Made by a program: the position numbers and the translations under genes. This document shows, one piece after another, positions 1 to 10,123 of a stretch of 64,000 nt of DNA. The notes under the pieces were generated by a model that searched no databases, was not told the DNA's origin, and saw only the letters and a program-made list of their open reading frames with translations. This DNA comes from Sphingomonas sp. GTDB taxonomy: Bacteria > Pseudomonadota > Alphaproteobacteria > Sphingomonadales > Sphingomonadaceae. The stretch is taken from NCBI GenBank assembly GCA_035575755.1, contig DATLXI010000018.1, forward strand, positions 153,560-217,559, given 5' to 3'. Every line of letters begins with the position of its first letter. Position 1 is the stretch's first letter.

Positions 1-2
1 CG

Positions 3-2237
3 GGCCCGAAGACGGCGTTCTTCCTACTCGCCGCGAATGTCGTCACCGCTTTGGTGGTTTCGGCGCTCGTGGAAAATGTCGTTCCGCGCTGGCAGATCAC
101 GGCATGGTCGGCCGCGCTCGTCGGCATCGCCCTGATCGTCGCCTTCCGCCGTCTCGCGACGTCGCTCCGCGGCGACCGCTATGCAAGTCTTCGCGACATC
201 CGCAACACTTGGTGGGAGGGACTGGCGCTCGCACTTGCCTGGTCCTGCGTGCCGATCCTGTTCTGCACGCATGCCCCCACGGGAACGACCGCAGGGCTGG
301 GAATAACGTTGGCCGTGCTGATGACGACGGCAGCGTTCACGATGGCGCCGCTGGCCCTCGCGACCCTGATCTTCCTGGGCTGTCTCGGCGCGGCGATCGT
401 CTCTCAGTTGATACTGGCCGGCACGCCAGCCGCGGCGGGCGGCATCCTGGGCTTCACGGTCATGCTGATGATCGCCTGTCTCAGTCGCGCACGGACGCTG
501 GTTCTGGTCCATGCGAGCGAGATCGCGCTCGGCGAGCGCGACCAGACGGTCAGCCTCTTGCTCAACGAGTTCGAGGAAACCGACGCCGACTGGCTTTGGG
601 AAACCGATGCCACGCACCACGTCATCCGCGCCTCGCCGCGCTTCGCGCTCGCCTGTGGCGTCGATCCGAGCGACATCGAGGGTATGCCGTTTCTCGAGGT
701 ATTGGCCGGCCCGAGCGCGGAAACCGGCGATGGCACTGCCGGGCTGCGTACGCTCGACGCAAATCTGAAAGCGCGCGAGAGTTTCCGCAAAGTGCGCATA
801 CCCGTCCGGATCGCCGGCGAGGATCACTGGTGGGAGATCACCGCATCGCCCCGATACGGCGACCTCGGCGAGTTCGATGGATTTCGCGGCGTAGGCTCGG
901 ACGTTACCGAGCAGCTGGCATCCGTCGACAAGATCAACCGCATGGCGCGGATCGACGCACTGACCGGGCTCCCCAACCGCCTGATGATCAACGAAACGCT
1001 CGTGATGGCGATCGCGGACGCCGAGGAACGGGGTGGCCGCTACGCCTTCATGATGCTCGACCTCGATCGGTTCAAGGCGGTCAACGACACGCTCGGCCAC
1101 CCGATCGGTGACCGCTTGCTCAGCTGCGTGTCCGAACGGCTCGACACATTGATCGATGACACCTGCCTATGCGGTCGTCTGGGCGGCGACGAATTCGCGG
1201 TCGTGGTTCGCGACGCGGGCGATATCGGCAGGATCGAGAACCTGGCGCAGCGGATCATCGAATCCTTGTCCAGGCCGTACGAGATCGACGCCCACACGCT
1301 CTATATCGGCGCCAGCGTTGGGCTGGCGGTCGGGCCGCGCGACGGGCGAACCGCGGAGACGCTGGTGCGTTCGGCGGACCTCGCGCTCTACCGTGCCAAG
1401 GATTCGGGCCGCGGCGTGTTCCGCACTTATAAGCCCGAACTCCATGCGCTGGCCGAAGAACGCCGCGTCCTCGAACTCGCGCTCCGCACCGCGGTCGAAA
1501 ATGGCGAGATGCACCTCGACTATCAGCCGGTCGTCGATGCCGGCACCGGCACGCTACAGGGCTTCGAGGCGTTGCTCCGCTGGAACAACCCGACCTTCGG
1601 AAACATTCCCCCGGGCAAGTTCATTTCGATCGCCGAGGATGCCCGGCTGATCGCGTCGATCGGCGCGTGGGTGTTGCGGACCGCCTGTGCGGAGGCGGCG
1701 AAATGGCCCTCCGGCATCCGGGTCGCAGTCAACGTCTCGGCGATCCAGCTTCAGAGCCTGAGCTTCCTGACCACTGTCGCGTCGGCCTTGTCGAACGCCG
1801 GCCTGCCCGCCGACCGCCTCGAACTCGAAGTCACCGAGACCGTGTTCCTGCACGAGGGACTCGGCGTCACGAAGGTGCTCGACCGGCTGATCGACCTGGG
1901 CGTGAAGCTCAGTCTCGACGATTTCGGCACCGGATATTCTTCGCTCGGGTATCTCAGCCGGACGCGCTTTTCGTCGATCAAGATCGATCGCAGCTTCATC
2001 CAGGACGCCGCCAAGGGCGTTCGCGAAGCGGTGGCGGTCCTGCGCGCCGTGATCGCGCTTGCCGACAGCCTGGCAATGGACACCACGGCGGAAGGCGTTG
2101 AGACCGAAACCGATCACCGCATGGTGCGCGAATTCGGCTGCACCAGGGCTCAAGGCTATCATTTCGGCCACCCCATGCCGGTGGAAGAGGCTCGGGCGCT
2201 AGCGCAGCGCGGCTTGAAAGCGTCTGCGGCAGCCTGA
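3..2237 (+). CDS. Membrane-anchored PAS-GGDEF-EAL diguanylate cyclase/phosphodiesterase (5' partial)
   Basis: Frame is open from the window edge. N-terminal TM helices, PAS (WLWETDA), intact GGDEF, FEALLRW and DDFGTGYSS motifs. Confidence 0.9.
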   Translation, partial: GPKTAFFLLAANVVTALVVSALVENVVPRWQITAWSAALVGIALIVAFRRLATSLRGDRYASLRDIRNTWWEGLALALAWSCVPILFCTHAPTGTTAGLGITLAVLMTTAAFTMAPLALATLIFLGCLGAAIVSQLILAGTPAAAGGILGFTVMLMIACLSRARTLVLVHASEIALGERDQTVSLLLNEFEETDADWLWETDATHHVIRASPRFALACGVDPSDIEGMPFLEVLAGPSAETGDGTAGLRTLDANLKARESFRKVRIPVRIAGEDHWWEITASPRYGDLGEFDGFRGVGSDVTEQLASVDKINRMARIDALTGLPNRLMINETLVMAIADAEERGGRYAFMMLDLDRFKAVNDTLGHPIGDRLLSCVSERLDTLIDDTCLCGRLGGDEFAVVVRDAGDIGRIENLAQRIIESLSRPYEIDAHTLYIGASVGLAVGPRDGRTAETLVRSADLALYRAKDSGRGVFRTYKPELHALAEERRVLELALRTAVENGEMHLDYQPVVDAGTGTLQGFEALLRWNNPTFGNIPPGKFISIAEDARLIASIGAWVLRTACAEAAKWPSGIRVAVNVSAIQLQSLSFLTTVASALSNAGLPADRLELEVTETVFLHEGLGVTKVLDRLIDLGVKLSLDDFGTGYSSLGYLSRTRFSSIKIDRSFIQDAAKGVREAVAVLRAVIALADSLAMDTTAEGVETETDHRMVREFGCTRAQGYHFGHPMPVEEARALAQRGLKASAAA

Positions 2238-2251
2238 TCGGCCGCCGCCCC

Positions 2252-3559
2252 TCACCGCCGCCGCTCGCGTCCGCCAAAGCTGACAAGGCTCTCGGCCCCA
2301 TCGGCGGACAAGGCCGATACGCCGATAAACGTGTCGTCGACCGGCGTTTGCGCCAGCGTCGTTTCCGACCCGGCGACGTCGCGCGTATCGGTCCAGGACT
2401 GGGCATCGTTGCGACGCCAGCGGACCCGGTACCGCACCGCACCCGGAACGGCGGCCCACGTCACCTTCGTATCGCGGGACAGCGCGCCGGAGAGCGTGAC
2501 GTCCTCGGGAGCGGCAGGGGCTGCGGCCAGGCGCATGGTCGTGGCGACGTTGATTGCGGTCACCTTGGCGAGATACGGGAAGTCCATGCCTTCGATCGTG
2601 TCGCCATACACGACACCCTTTTCGGTCCGCAGGTCCTGATGCTGGCGGTCCCAGTTTTCCGCGGCCACCGAAAAGCGAACGGCGGGGTAGCCGAGCTTCA
2701 GGAACGGTTCGTGATCGCCCCCTCGCCCGAAACGATCCGGCCTGCGATCGAGCATCACGTCGAGGCCGCTCGGTATCCCGCTGGCAATCCCGTCGATCGC
2801 CTTGGCGAGCGCCCGGCTGGGGCCGTCATCCTCGCCACCCTCTGCCCGGCGCCCCTGCTGCGCGACCAGATCCTCCGACGCACGGATGCCTTCCGAGAAT
2901 ACGCGGACGGTGTCGGCAACGCGGACGCCGCCCTGCCCGACGGTGTTGCCGACGATATCGTTGTTGAGCATCGCCGATACGCGCCAGCCGCGCGCCTTGG
3001 CCGTATCGGCAAGGAGTTCGGCACCCCATAGCCCCTGTTCCTCGCCGGAGAACACCGCATAGACGATCGTCGCATCGAACTGGCGTTGCGACAGCAGCCG
3101 TGCGGCCTCAAGTACCAGGGCAACGCCAGAGGCATTGTCGTTCGCGCCGGGCGCGTCGGAGGTCGTGTTCATGACGTCTGTCACGCGGCTGTCGATATGC
3201 GCGCCGATGATGACGACACGGTTCGGATCGCGCCCTTTCTGGATCCCAAGCACGTCCTCGACGACCACGCCGGTCGGTGCGCGAGCACCCGTAAAGGTCC
3301 GCCCGATGCGTTCGACGGTGATGCATCCGCCACAGGCAGCCCCGATGTCGGTGAAACGCTGTGCCGCCCAGTCTCTGGCGGCGCCGATGCCCCGCTTGGG
3401 ATCGGTCGTGATCGACGCGGTATGGCGCGTACCGAAACCGACCATGGTCGTGACGTCTGCCTTCAGGCGAGGCGCGGACGGGCTCGGCGATCGCGCCGAG
3501 GTTGCGGCGGGAGACACGGGCGCGGCAGCAAGAAGCAGCGGAAGGGCAAAAATGGGCAT
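2252..3559 (-). CDS. Secreted M28-family metallopeptidase with C-terminal FnIII-like region
   Basis: Signal peptide MPIFALPLLLAAA; GAHIDS, GANDNASG, SGEEQGLWG and GGDH motifs. Confidence 0.85.
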   Translation of the reverse strand: MPIFALPLLLAAAPVSPAATSARSPSPSAPRLKADVTTMVGFGTRHTASITTDPKRGIGAARDWAAQRFTDIGAACGGCITVERIGRTFTGARAPTGVVVEDVLGIQKGRDPNRVVIIGAHIDSRVTDVMNTTSDAPGANDNASGVALVLEAARLLSQRQFDATIVYAVFSGEEQGLWGAELLADTAKARGWRVSAMLNNDIVGNTVGQGGVRVADTVRVFSEGIRASEDLVAQQGRRAEGGEDDGPSRALAKAIDGIASGIPSGLDVMLDRRPDRFGRGGDHEPFLKLGYPAVRFSVAAENWDRQHQDLRTEKGVVYGDTIEGMDFPYLAKVTAINVATTMRLAAAPAAPEDVTLSGALSRDTKVTWAAVPGAVRYRVRWRRNDAQSWTDTRDVAGSETTLAQTPVDDTFIGVSALSADGAESLVSFGGRERRR

Positions 3560-3648
3560 TGGCCGATCGTGCCCTGATCCACACCGCATCTCAAGCCGCA
3601 ATTCGGCATTACGCGGGGCGCATCCAAAACGATCGGGCAACCGTTACT

Positions 3649-3663
3649 TTAAAATGATTTTAA
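3649..3663. promoter_or_regulatory. Putative CtrA binding site
   Basis: TTAA-AATGATT-TTAA is an exact TTAA-N7-TTAA match in an AT-rich divergent intergenic region. Confidence 0.6.
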
Positions 3664-3748
3664 GACTGCGCCGCGACATACCTGTTATCTATGTTCTGGG
3701 AATATAGAGAGAAAATACTAGCTCTCGTCTCTGCCAACAGGAATCAAG

Positions 3749-4432
3749 ATGATATTGGGTCATTCCATTTCGAGTGCAGAGGGCATCATCAAAGCGATCG
3801 ACGAACCTATCGCGGTGATATTGCAACGCACCCAGAAGCAGCTCGTCGGACTGTCCTACAGGGCGATAACCCACCCCGGGGATATCGCGCGAAACCAGAG
3901 CCAGATCGCCGCGCTGAAACCGGACGGCAGTTCTTCGCGTATCCGCAAACGCTATATCGGTGGCGATGGTGCAGTCATAACCTTGGAAGTCCAGATATCG
4001 AGGACCGGGACCTACACGTCAGGCTATCTGTTCGGCACGATATCGACCGTCTCTTCGCCCCTGATTTCCGCGACCGAGCCAAGCGAGCTTCGGCACACGC
4101 CCCATAAATTGTGGCGCAGGGCGAAGGACCTGCTCGGCGTCATCCGAGCACGCGATGCCGTGTTGGGCGCCGACCTGTGTGCCGACCATGCCTGGACGAC
4201 CCTGCTGATCGTCTACGTCGCGGAAGCGGAAAGTCGGATCGCGACCGTGGACTCGATCGTCGGCCAACTCCACTTGCCGCGCCCGACGCTTTCCCGGTGG
4301 ATCAGAGTTCTTCAGGCCAAGGCGCTGGTCGAACCGATCGACGTCGATCTCGACGCCCTCCAGCTCACGCAAAGCGGGATCGACTGTATCGAACGCCTTC
4401 TCTGTATCGACGCGCCTGTCGCAGTCGCCTGA
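3749..4432 (+). CDS. PAS domain plus winged-helix (MarR-like) putative regulator
   Basis: PAS-like ITHPGD...KRYIGGDG segment; C-terminal DHAWTTLL...PRPTLSRWIRVLQAKALVE wHTH. Confidence 0.65.
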   Translation: MILGHSISSAEGIIKAIDEPIAVILQRTQKQLVGLSYRAITHPGDIARNQSQIAALKPDGSSSRIRKRYIGGDGAVITLEVQISRTGTYTSGYLFGTISTVSSPLISATEPSELRHTPHKLWRRAKDLLGVIRARDAVLGADLCADHAWTTLLIVYVAEAESRIATVDSIVGQLHLPRPTLSRWIRVLQAKALVEPIDVDLDALQLTQSGIDCIERLLCIDAPVAVA

Positions 4433-4439
4433 ACGCTGA

Positions 4440-4895
4440 TCAGCTCAACCGGTCGATCGCCTCCCGCGTAAGCGAGCCCGGAATGATCATCACCGGCACG
4501 GGCAAGGCGCCCGCATCGGCACCCGCAAAATGCGCGATGAGCTCGCCCGGCGCGCCGCTCGCCGCCGCACCCAGCACGAGCGCCGCAATGTTGCCATCGG
4601 CCTCGATCATTTCGCGAATGATCTTCGGCGCCTCGCCTTCGCGCACCGTAATCGACGGACGCAGTCCGGATTCCTCGAGCAACGTGCCCGCCGCGCCTGC
4701 AACCAGCCCTTCGGCGTGCAACCGCGCTTCTTCCTCGATGGTCGCCTGGACGCCGCCGAACGCGATGAATTCCTGCGGCGGGATCACCGTGAGTATCTCC
4801 ACCCCGCCGCCGGTCTTCACAGCGCGCCGTGCCGCGAAACGCAACGCGATGCCCGCTTCGGGACTGTCGTCGATAACCACCAGATAAATGCGCAT
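4440..4895 (-). CDS. Universal stress protein (UspA family)
   Basis: MRIYLVVIDDSPEAGIALRFAARRA N-terminus and LPVPVMIIPG C-terminus typical of alphaproteobacterial USPs. Confidence 0.85.
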   Translation of the reverse strand: MRIYLVVIDDSPEAGIALRFAARRAVKTGGGVEILTVIPPQEFIAFGGVQATIEEEARLHAEGLVAGAAGTLLEESGLRPSITVREGEAPKIIREMIEADGNIAALVLGAAASGAPGELIAHFAGADAGALPVPVMIIPGSLTREAIDRLS

Positions 4896-5016
4896 TTTGC
4901 CCCCGTTATAACGGTTAATTGGGCCGGGTCGGGTCGATACGCAAGAGTGGCGGGGTTGACCCGAGCGGGCGGGGGCGCGAGTAGGCGTGCCGTTACGTAA
5001 CGCCCTGGGGAAATCC

Positions 5017-6363
5017 ATGTCGATCGAGATCAAAATGCCCGCGCTATCGCCGACCATGGAAGAGGGAACTCTCGCCAAATGGTTGATCAAGGAAGGCGAC
5101 GTCGTGAAATCCGGCGACCTGATGGCCGAGATCGAGACCGATAAGGCGACGATGGAATTCGAAGCGGTCGACGAAGGCATTGTGGTCAAGATCCTCGTCG
5201 CCGAGGGTACCGACAATGTGAAGGTCGGCACGGTCATCGCAATCATCGCCGAAGAGGGCGAGGACGCCTCGTCGGTCTCGTCGACGCCTGCAAAGAGCGA
5301 GACGCCCGAGCCCGCCGCCAAGGAATCGGAAGCCAAGCCCGATCCCAAGGATCCGAACGATACCGGCAGCGAGGCCAAGCCGGTCGAGCGGACCGAAGAG
5401 TCGGCCGAAGATCATGGTCGTCCCGACGACGCCGGTGCGGCCAAGCCCGCCGCCAGCGGTGAGCGCGTCAAGGCGAGCCCGCTCGCGCGCCGCCTCGCCG
5501 CCGACAAGGGCATCGATCTCGGCGCCGTATCGGGGTCCGGGCCAAGGGGTCGCATCGTCAAGGCCGACATCGACAGCGCCAAGCCGGGCGCCGCACCCGC
5601 CGCAAAGGCGGAAGCGGCGGCTCCGACGGCATCCGCCCCCGCGCCTGCCGCCAAGCCTGCGACCGTGCCGGACATCCCGCACGAGGCGACCAAGCTCAGC
5701 AACGTGCGGAAAACGATCGCGCGTCGCCTGACCGAGTCGAAGCAGACCGTTCCGCATATCTATCTTACCGTGAACATCCGCCTCGACGCGCTGCTCAAGC
5801 TGCGCGGCGAGCTGAACAAGAGCCTCGAATCGCGCGGCGTGAAGCTGTCGGTCAACGACCTGTTGATCAAGGCGCAGGCCGTCGCGCTGATGCAGGTTCC
5901 GACCTGCAACGTGATGTTCACGCCCGACCAGCTGATCACCTTCCAGCGTGCCGACATCTCGGTCGCAGTGAGCACGCCGTCGGGGCTGATCACGCCGATC
6001 ATCGTCGGCGCGGACACCGCCTCGCTGTCGTCGATCTCGACGCAGATGAAGGACCTCGCCGCCCGCGCGCGCGACGGCAAGCTCAAGCCCGAGGAATATC
6101 AGGGCGGCACCGCGTCGATCAGCAACATGGGCATGTTCGGCATCACGCAGTTCGACGCGGTCATCAACCCGCCCCAGGCGATGATCCTCGCGGTCGGTGC
6201 CGGCGAGAAGCGTCCCTATGTCGTCGGCGACGAACTCGTCGTTGCGACCGTGATGTCGGCGACCGGCAGCTTCGATCACCGCGCGATCGACGGGGCCGAC
6301 GGCGCGCAGTTCATGAAGGCGTTCAAGGCTTTGGTCGAGAACCCGCTGGGCATGCTCGCCTGA
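5017..6363 (+). CDS. pdhC: Pyruvate dehydrogenase E2, dihydrolipoamide acetyltransferase
   Basis: Lipoyl domain [11 protein letters not shown]...ETDKA, E3-binding ASPLARRLA, catalytic DHRAIDGA. Confidence 0.95.
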   Translation: MSIEIKMPALSPTMEEGTLAKWLIKEGDVVKSGDLMAEIETDKATMEFEAVDEGIVVKILVAEGTDNVKVGTVIAIIAEEGEDASSVSSTPAKSETPEPAAKESEAKPDPKDPNDTGSEAKPVERTEESAEDHGRPDDAGAAKPAASGERVKASPLARRLAADKGIDLGAVSGSGPRGRIVKADIDSAKPGAAPAAKAEAAAPTASAPAPAAKPATVPDIPHEATKLSNVRKTIARRLTESKQTVPHIYLTVNIRLDALLKLRGELNKSLESRGVKLSVNDLLIKAQAVALMQVPTCNVMFTPDQLITFQRADISVAVSTPSGLITPIIVGADTASLSSISTQMKDLAARARDGKLKPEEYQGGTASISNMGMFGITQFDAVINPPQAMILAVGAGEKRPYVVGDELVVATVMSATGSFDHRAIDGADGAQFMKAFKALVENPLGMLA

Positions 6364-6364
6364 T

Positions 6365-6604
6365 ATGCGACTCGCGTCGCCGCTCCGGGGTTTGTCGGGC
6401 ACGACCGTCGAGATCCTGCACATCGTCGCAGGGCTGGTGGTGGCGGTCGCGATAACCTGGGCGGCGGCTTGGTCCTACCCGCTTGGACAGGACGTGATCT
6501 GGGCATGCGGGGCCGCAGCGATGGTCGCCACCGTGCTGATGGGCGTCGGCCCGTTGCGTCGCGCGCGTCGCCTCGATCAAACGACCCGCAGGAGTGAAGC
6601 ATGA
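6365..6604 (+). CDS. Small two-TM membrane protein, function unknown
   Basis: 79 aa with two hydrophobic helices; 1 nt after the pdhC stop and overlaps the next start (ATGA). Confidence 0.65.
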   Translation: MRLASPLRGLSGTTVEILHIVAGLVVAVAITWAAAWSYPLGQDVIWACGAAAMVATVLMGVGPLRRARRLDQTTRRSEA

Positions 6605-6990
6605 CCGACCTGCCCCCCGAAAAGGCCCCGACGATCCGCGTCACCGCGATGCCCGCCGACGCCAACCCGTATGGCGACATCTTCGGCGGCTGGCTGATGG
6701 GCCAGATGGATCTGGCGGCCGGGTCTGTCGCGTCCCGGCGTAGCGGCGGCCGTGCCGTCACGATCGCGGCGGATGCGATGAAATTCCATATGCCCGTCGT
6801 CGTCGGCGACGAAGTGTCGGTCTACGCGCACCTGATCTCGGTCGGCCGCACCTCGATGACGATCGAGGTCGAGGCCTGGCGCCGTGCGCGCCACAGCAAC
6901 GACAGCTGCAAGGTCACGCAGGCGCGCTTCATCTTCGTGGCGGTCGACGAAAGCCGCAAACCGCGGCCCGTGCCGCCCGAAACCAACTGA
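6601..6990 (+). CDS. Acyl-CoA thioesterase (YciA-like hotdog fold)
   Basis: MPADANPYGDIFGGWLMGQMDLA and VGRTSM motifs. Confidence 0.9.
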   Translation: MTDLPPEKAPTIRVTAMPADANPYGDIFGGWLMGQMDLAAGSVASRRSGGRAVTIAADAMKFHMPVVVGDEVSVYAHLISVGRTSMTIEVEAWRRARHSNDSCKVTQARFIFVAVDESRKPRPVPPETN

Positions 6991-7011
6991 CTTACTTGAA
7001 GGACTTTCCAC

Positions 7012-8406
7012 GTGGCTGACACCTATGATCTGGTCATCCTTGGTTCGGGCCCCGGCGGCTATGTCGCGGCGATCCGCGCATCGCAGCTCGGCCTCAAGGT
7101 TGCGATCGTCGAGCGCGAGCGGTTGGGCGGCATCTGCCTCAACTGGGGCTGCATCCCGACCAAGGCGCTGCTGCGCACGTCGGAAATCTATCATTATATG
7201 CAGAACGCCGAGAGCTACGGCCTCAAGGCGGACAATGTCGGCTTCGACCTCGCCAAGGTCGTCGACCGTAGCCGTAAGGTCGCGGGCCAGCTGAACGCGG
7301 GCGTCAAAGGCCTGATGAAGAAGAACAAGGTGACGGTCGTCGAAGGCGTCGGCACCGTGACCGCGAAGGGCAAATTGTCAGTCAAGCAGGGCGACAAGAC
7401 GGTCGATCTCGAAGCTAAGAACATCATCGTCGCGACCGGCGCGCGTGCGCGCGACCTGCCCTTTGCCAAGGCCGATGGGAAGACCATCTGGACCTATCGC
7501 CACGCGATGGTGCCGACCGAGATGCCGACCAAGCTTCTAGTCATCGGCTCGGGCGCGATCGGCGTCGAGTTCGCCAGCTTCTACAACGACATGGGCGCCG
7601 ACGTGACGATCGTCGAGATGCTCCCGCGGATTCTGCCCGTCGAGGACGAGGAGGTCTCCGCGTTCATGGACAAGGCGCTGACCAAGCAGGGCATCAAGCT
7701 GCTCACCCAGACCGGCCTTGAGGCGCTCGTTCCGTCAGGAAACGGCGTCACCGCGAAGATCAAGGCGAAGGACGGCAAGGTCACCGAGGAGACGTTCAGC
7801 CACGCGATCGTCGCGATCGGGATCGTCCCCAACACCGAGAATATCGGGCTGGAGGCGCTCGGCGTCGAAACCGACCGCGGGCACATCAAGACCGACGGAT
7901 ACGGCCGCACCAATGTCGACGGCATCTGGGCGATCGGCGACGTCACCGGCGCGCCGTGGCTTGCGCACAAGGCCAGCCACGAAGGCATCATCGCGGTCGA
8001 AAAGATCGCCGGCGGTTCGCCGCACCAGATGGACAAGGCCAACATCCCCGGCTGCACCTATTCGCGCCCGCAGGTCGCGTCGGTCGGCATGACCGAAGCG
8101 AAGGCCAAGGAAGCCGGCTACGAGCTGAAGGTCGGCAAATTCCCCTTCATCGGCAACGGCAAGGCGATCGCGCTTGGTGAGGCGGAGGGCTTTGTGAAGA
8201 CCGTGTTCGACGCCAAGACCGGCGAACTGCTCGGCGCGCACATGGTCGGCGCGGAAGTCACCGAGCTGATCCAGGGCTATGTCGTCGCGCGCCAGCTCGA
8301 GACGACCGAGGCCGAGCTGATGGAGACGGTGTTCGCGCATCCGACGCTCAGCGAGATGATGCACGAAAGCGTGCTCGGCGCCTACGGCCGGTCGATCCAC
8401 TACTAG
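7012..8406 (+). CDS. lpdA: Dihydrolipoamide dehydrogenase (E3)
   Basis: GSGPGGYVAA, redox motif GGICLNWGCIP, HPTLSE. Confidence 0.95.
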   Translation: MADTYDLVILGSGPGGYVAAIRASQLGLKVAIVERERLGGICLNWGCIPTKALLRTSEIYHYMQNAESYGLKADNVGFDLAKVVDRSRKVAGQLNAGVKGLMKKNKVTVVEGVGTVTAKGKLSVKQGDKTVDLEAKNIIVATGARARDLPFAKADGKTIWTYRHAMVPTEMPTKLLVIGSGAIGVEFASFYNDMGADVTIVEMLPRILPVEDEEVSAFMDKALTKQGIKLLTQTGLEALVPSGNGVTAKIKAKDGKVTEETFSHAIVAIGIVPNTENIGLEALGVETDRGHIKTDGYGRTNVDGIWAIGDVTGAPWLAHKASHEGIIAVEKIAGGSPHQMDKANIPGCTYSRPQVASVGMTEAKAKEAGYELKVGKFPFIGNGKAIALGEAEGFVKTVFDAKTGELLGAHMVGAEVTELIQGYVVARQLETTEAELMETVFAHPTLSEMMHESVLGAYGRSIHY

Positions 8407-8447
8407 GGCGTTAGACGCGGGCGGCGGCTGCCTGCCCCCGCCCCCCG

Positions 8448-8528
8448 CGTCATCCTGACGAAAGTCAGAATCCAGAATACCAGCCACGCCCTTCACGGCT
8501 CTGGATCCTGACTTTCGTCAGGATGACG
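8448..8528. repeat. CGTC-type REP doublet
   Basis: CGTCATCCTGACGAAAGTCAGAATCCAGA ... TCTGGATCCTGACTTTCGTCAGGATGACG; inverted arms, each self-palindromic. Confidence 0.85.
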
Positions 8529-8691
8529 GACGATATGCTAGCGTGACGCCGCGGCGAACGATGCCGGGCAATCATTCCGCCATCCTACCGTCACCACTGG
8601 GCAGACCGTCTCGTTCCGGCCCTAATTCACTTGACCGGTGCCCCCGCCTGCCGAAAGCCCGCGCCAACCAAACCGGGTACGGGAACTGCGA

Positions 8692-10119
8692 ATGTCGACC
8701 GACACTGGGCTGCCCCGCATTCCCCCCCGCAGTATCGGCATCATCGCGGCGGCCTTGTGCCTGGCCTCGCTTGCGCTCTTCTGGCCCGGCATCGCGATGT
8801 ACGACACCGTCGCACAATACACGCAGGTCCTGTCGCGCGTGTACGACGACTGGCACCCGCCCGCGATGGTCCGCATGTGGGTCCTGCTCGCCCCGTTCGG
8901 CACCGGCGCAAAGCCGATGCTCGTCCTGCAACTCGGCACCTACTGGCTCGGTCTAGGCCTGATCGCCGCCGCGCTGGCGCGAACCGGACGGCCCCGCAGC
9001 GCCATCGCGGTCCTCGTTATCGGCGTGTTGCCGCCCTTTCTCGGCTGGCAGGGCGTCGTCCTCAAGGACGCGCAACTGACCGGCGCCCTGCTCGCGGCAC
9101 TCGGGATCATCGGCTGGTACCGGCTCGCCCGTCGCGCCGTCGCGCGCGCAGCGTTGATCCCGGCCACGTTGTTGCTCGTCTATGCGATCCTGGTCCGCGC
9201 GAACGCCGTGTTCATCGTCGTGCCGCTGGTGGTCGCACTCGCACCGCGTCCCACGAGTCTCGTCGCCAGGATCCTCACCGGCCTGGTCGGCGTGATCATC
9301 GTCCTCGGCATCGCGCCGATCATCAACCACCAGATCCTCGGCGCGCAACGCAGCGGCGTGGAGTCGACGCAGGCGCTGTTCGACCTGTCCGGGATCGCCG
9401 CGCGCGTACCCGACGGCGAAGCGATCGGCCTGACCCGTGCCGAAGCCGCCACCGTGATCGCGCGCCATTGCGCCTCGCCGTTTTTCTGGGATCCGCTCGG
9501 CGACGACGCGCATTGCGGAACGACGATGGCGCGCCTGCGAGCGCTTCCCGTCGGCACGCTCTACGTCACGCTCGCCGGATCCGCGCTGCACCACCCGATC
9601 GCCTATGCGACGCACCGCTTCGCGCATCTGAACTCGACCGACCGCTGGCTCGTTCCGTTCCACTGGCCGAGCGCCGCGCCACCCGCAGCGTCGGAGCCCA
9701 ACACGATCGGCCTGCCCAATCCCAACGCTGCGGCTGCCGGATGGGACAAGACAACGGCGGTGATCGTCGAGACACCGCTGGGCTGGCCGATCGCGTGGAT
9801 CGTCGTCGCGATCACCGCGCTGGCCGCATGCCTGTCGCGCCCGCGCGACCCGACGCGGGATTTCGCGCTCGCCCTGCTGGTCTCCGCGCTCGCGCTCGAG
9901 GCGAGTTTCGGTGTGCTCAGCATCGCCTCCGACTTGCGCTATCACCTCTGGTCGATGATCGCGACCGCACTCGCCGTGGTGCTGCTTGCCGACCGCATGC
10001 CGCCGCGGCGGACCGTGCTCATCGGCACCGCTGCCTTCGCGGTCGTCGTGGCGAGCGGTCTAGCCGCGCGCTTGACGCTGCCACGCCCCCCGCAAACTTA
10101 CGCCGGCATGCTGGGCTAA
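8692..10119 (+). CDS. Polytopic membrane protein, possible GT-C fold glycosyltransferase
   Basis: About 10-11 TM helices; YDT..Q and DDWHPP in the first periplasmic loop; LKD and RY motifs. Confidence 0.6.
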   Translation: MSTDTGLPRIPPRSIGIIAAALCLASLALFWPGIAMYDTVAQYTQVLSRVYDDWHPPAMVRMWVLLAPFGTGAKPMLVLQLGTYWLGLGLIAAALARTGRPRSAIAVLVIGVLPPFLGWQGVVLKDAQLTGALLAALGIIGWYRLARRAVARAALIPATLLLVYAILVRANAVFIVVPLVVALAPRPTSLVARILTGLVGVIIVLGIAPIINHQILGAQRSGVESTQALFDLSGIAARVPDGEAIGLTRAEAATVIARHCASPFFWDPLGDDAHCGTTMARLRALPVGTLYVTLAGSALHHPIAYATHRFAHLNSTDRWLVPFHWPSAAPPAASEPNTIGLPNPNAAAAGWDKTTAVIVETPLGWPIAWIVVAITALAACLSRPRDPTRDFALALLVSALALEASFGVLSIASDLRYHLWSMIATALAVVLLADRMPPRRTVLIGTAAFAVVVASGLAARLTLPRPPQTYAGMLG

Positions 10120-10123
10120 GAGG

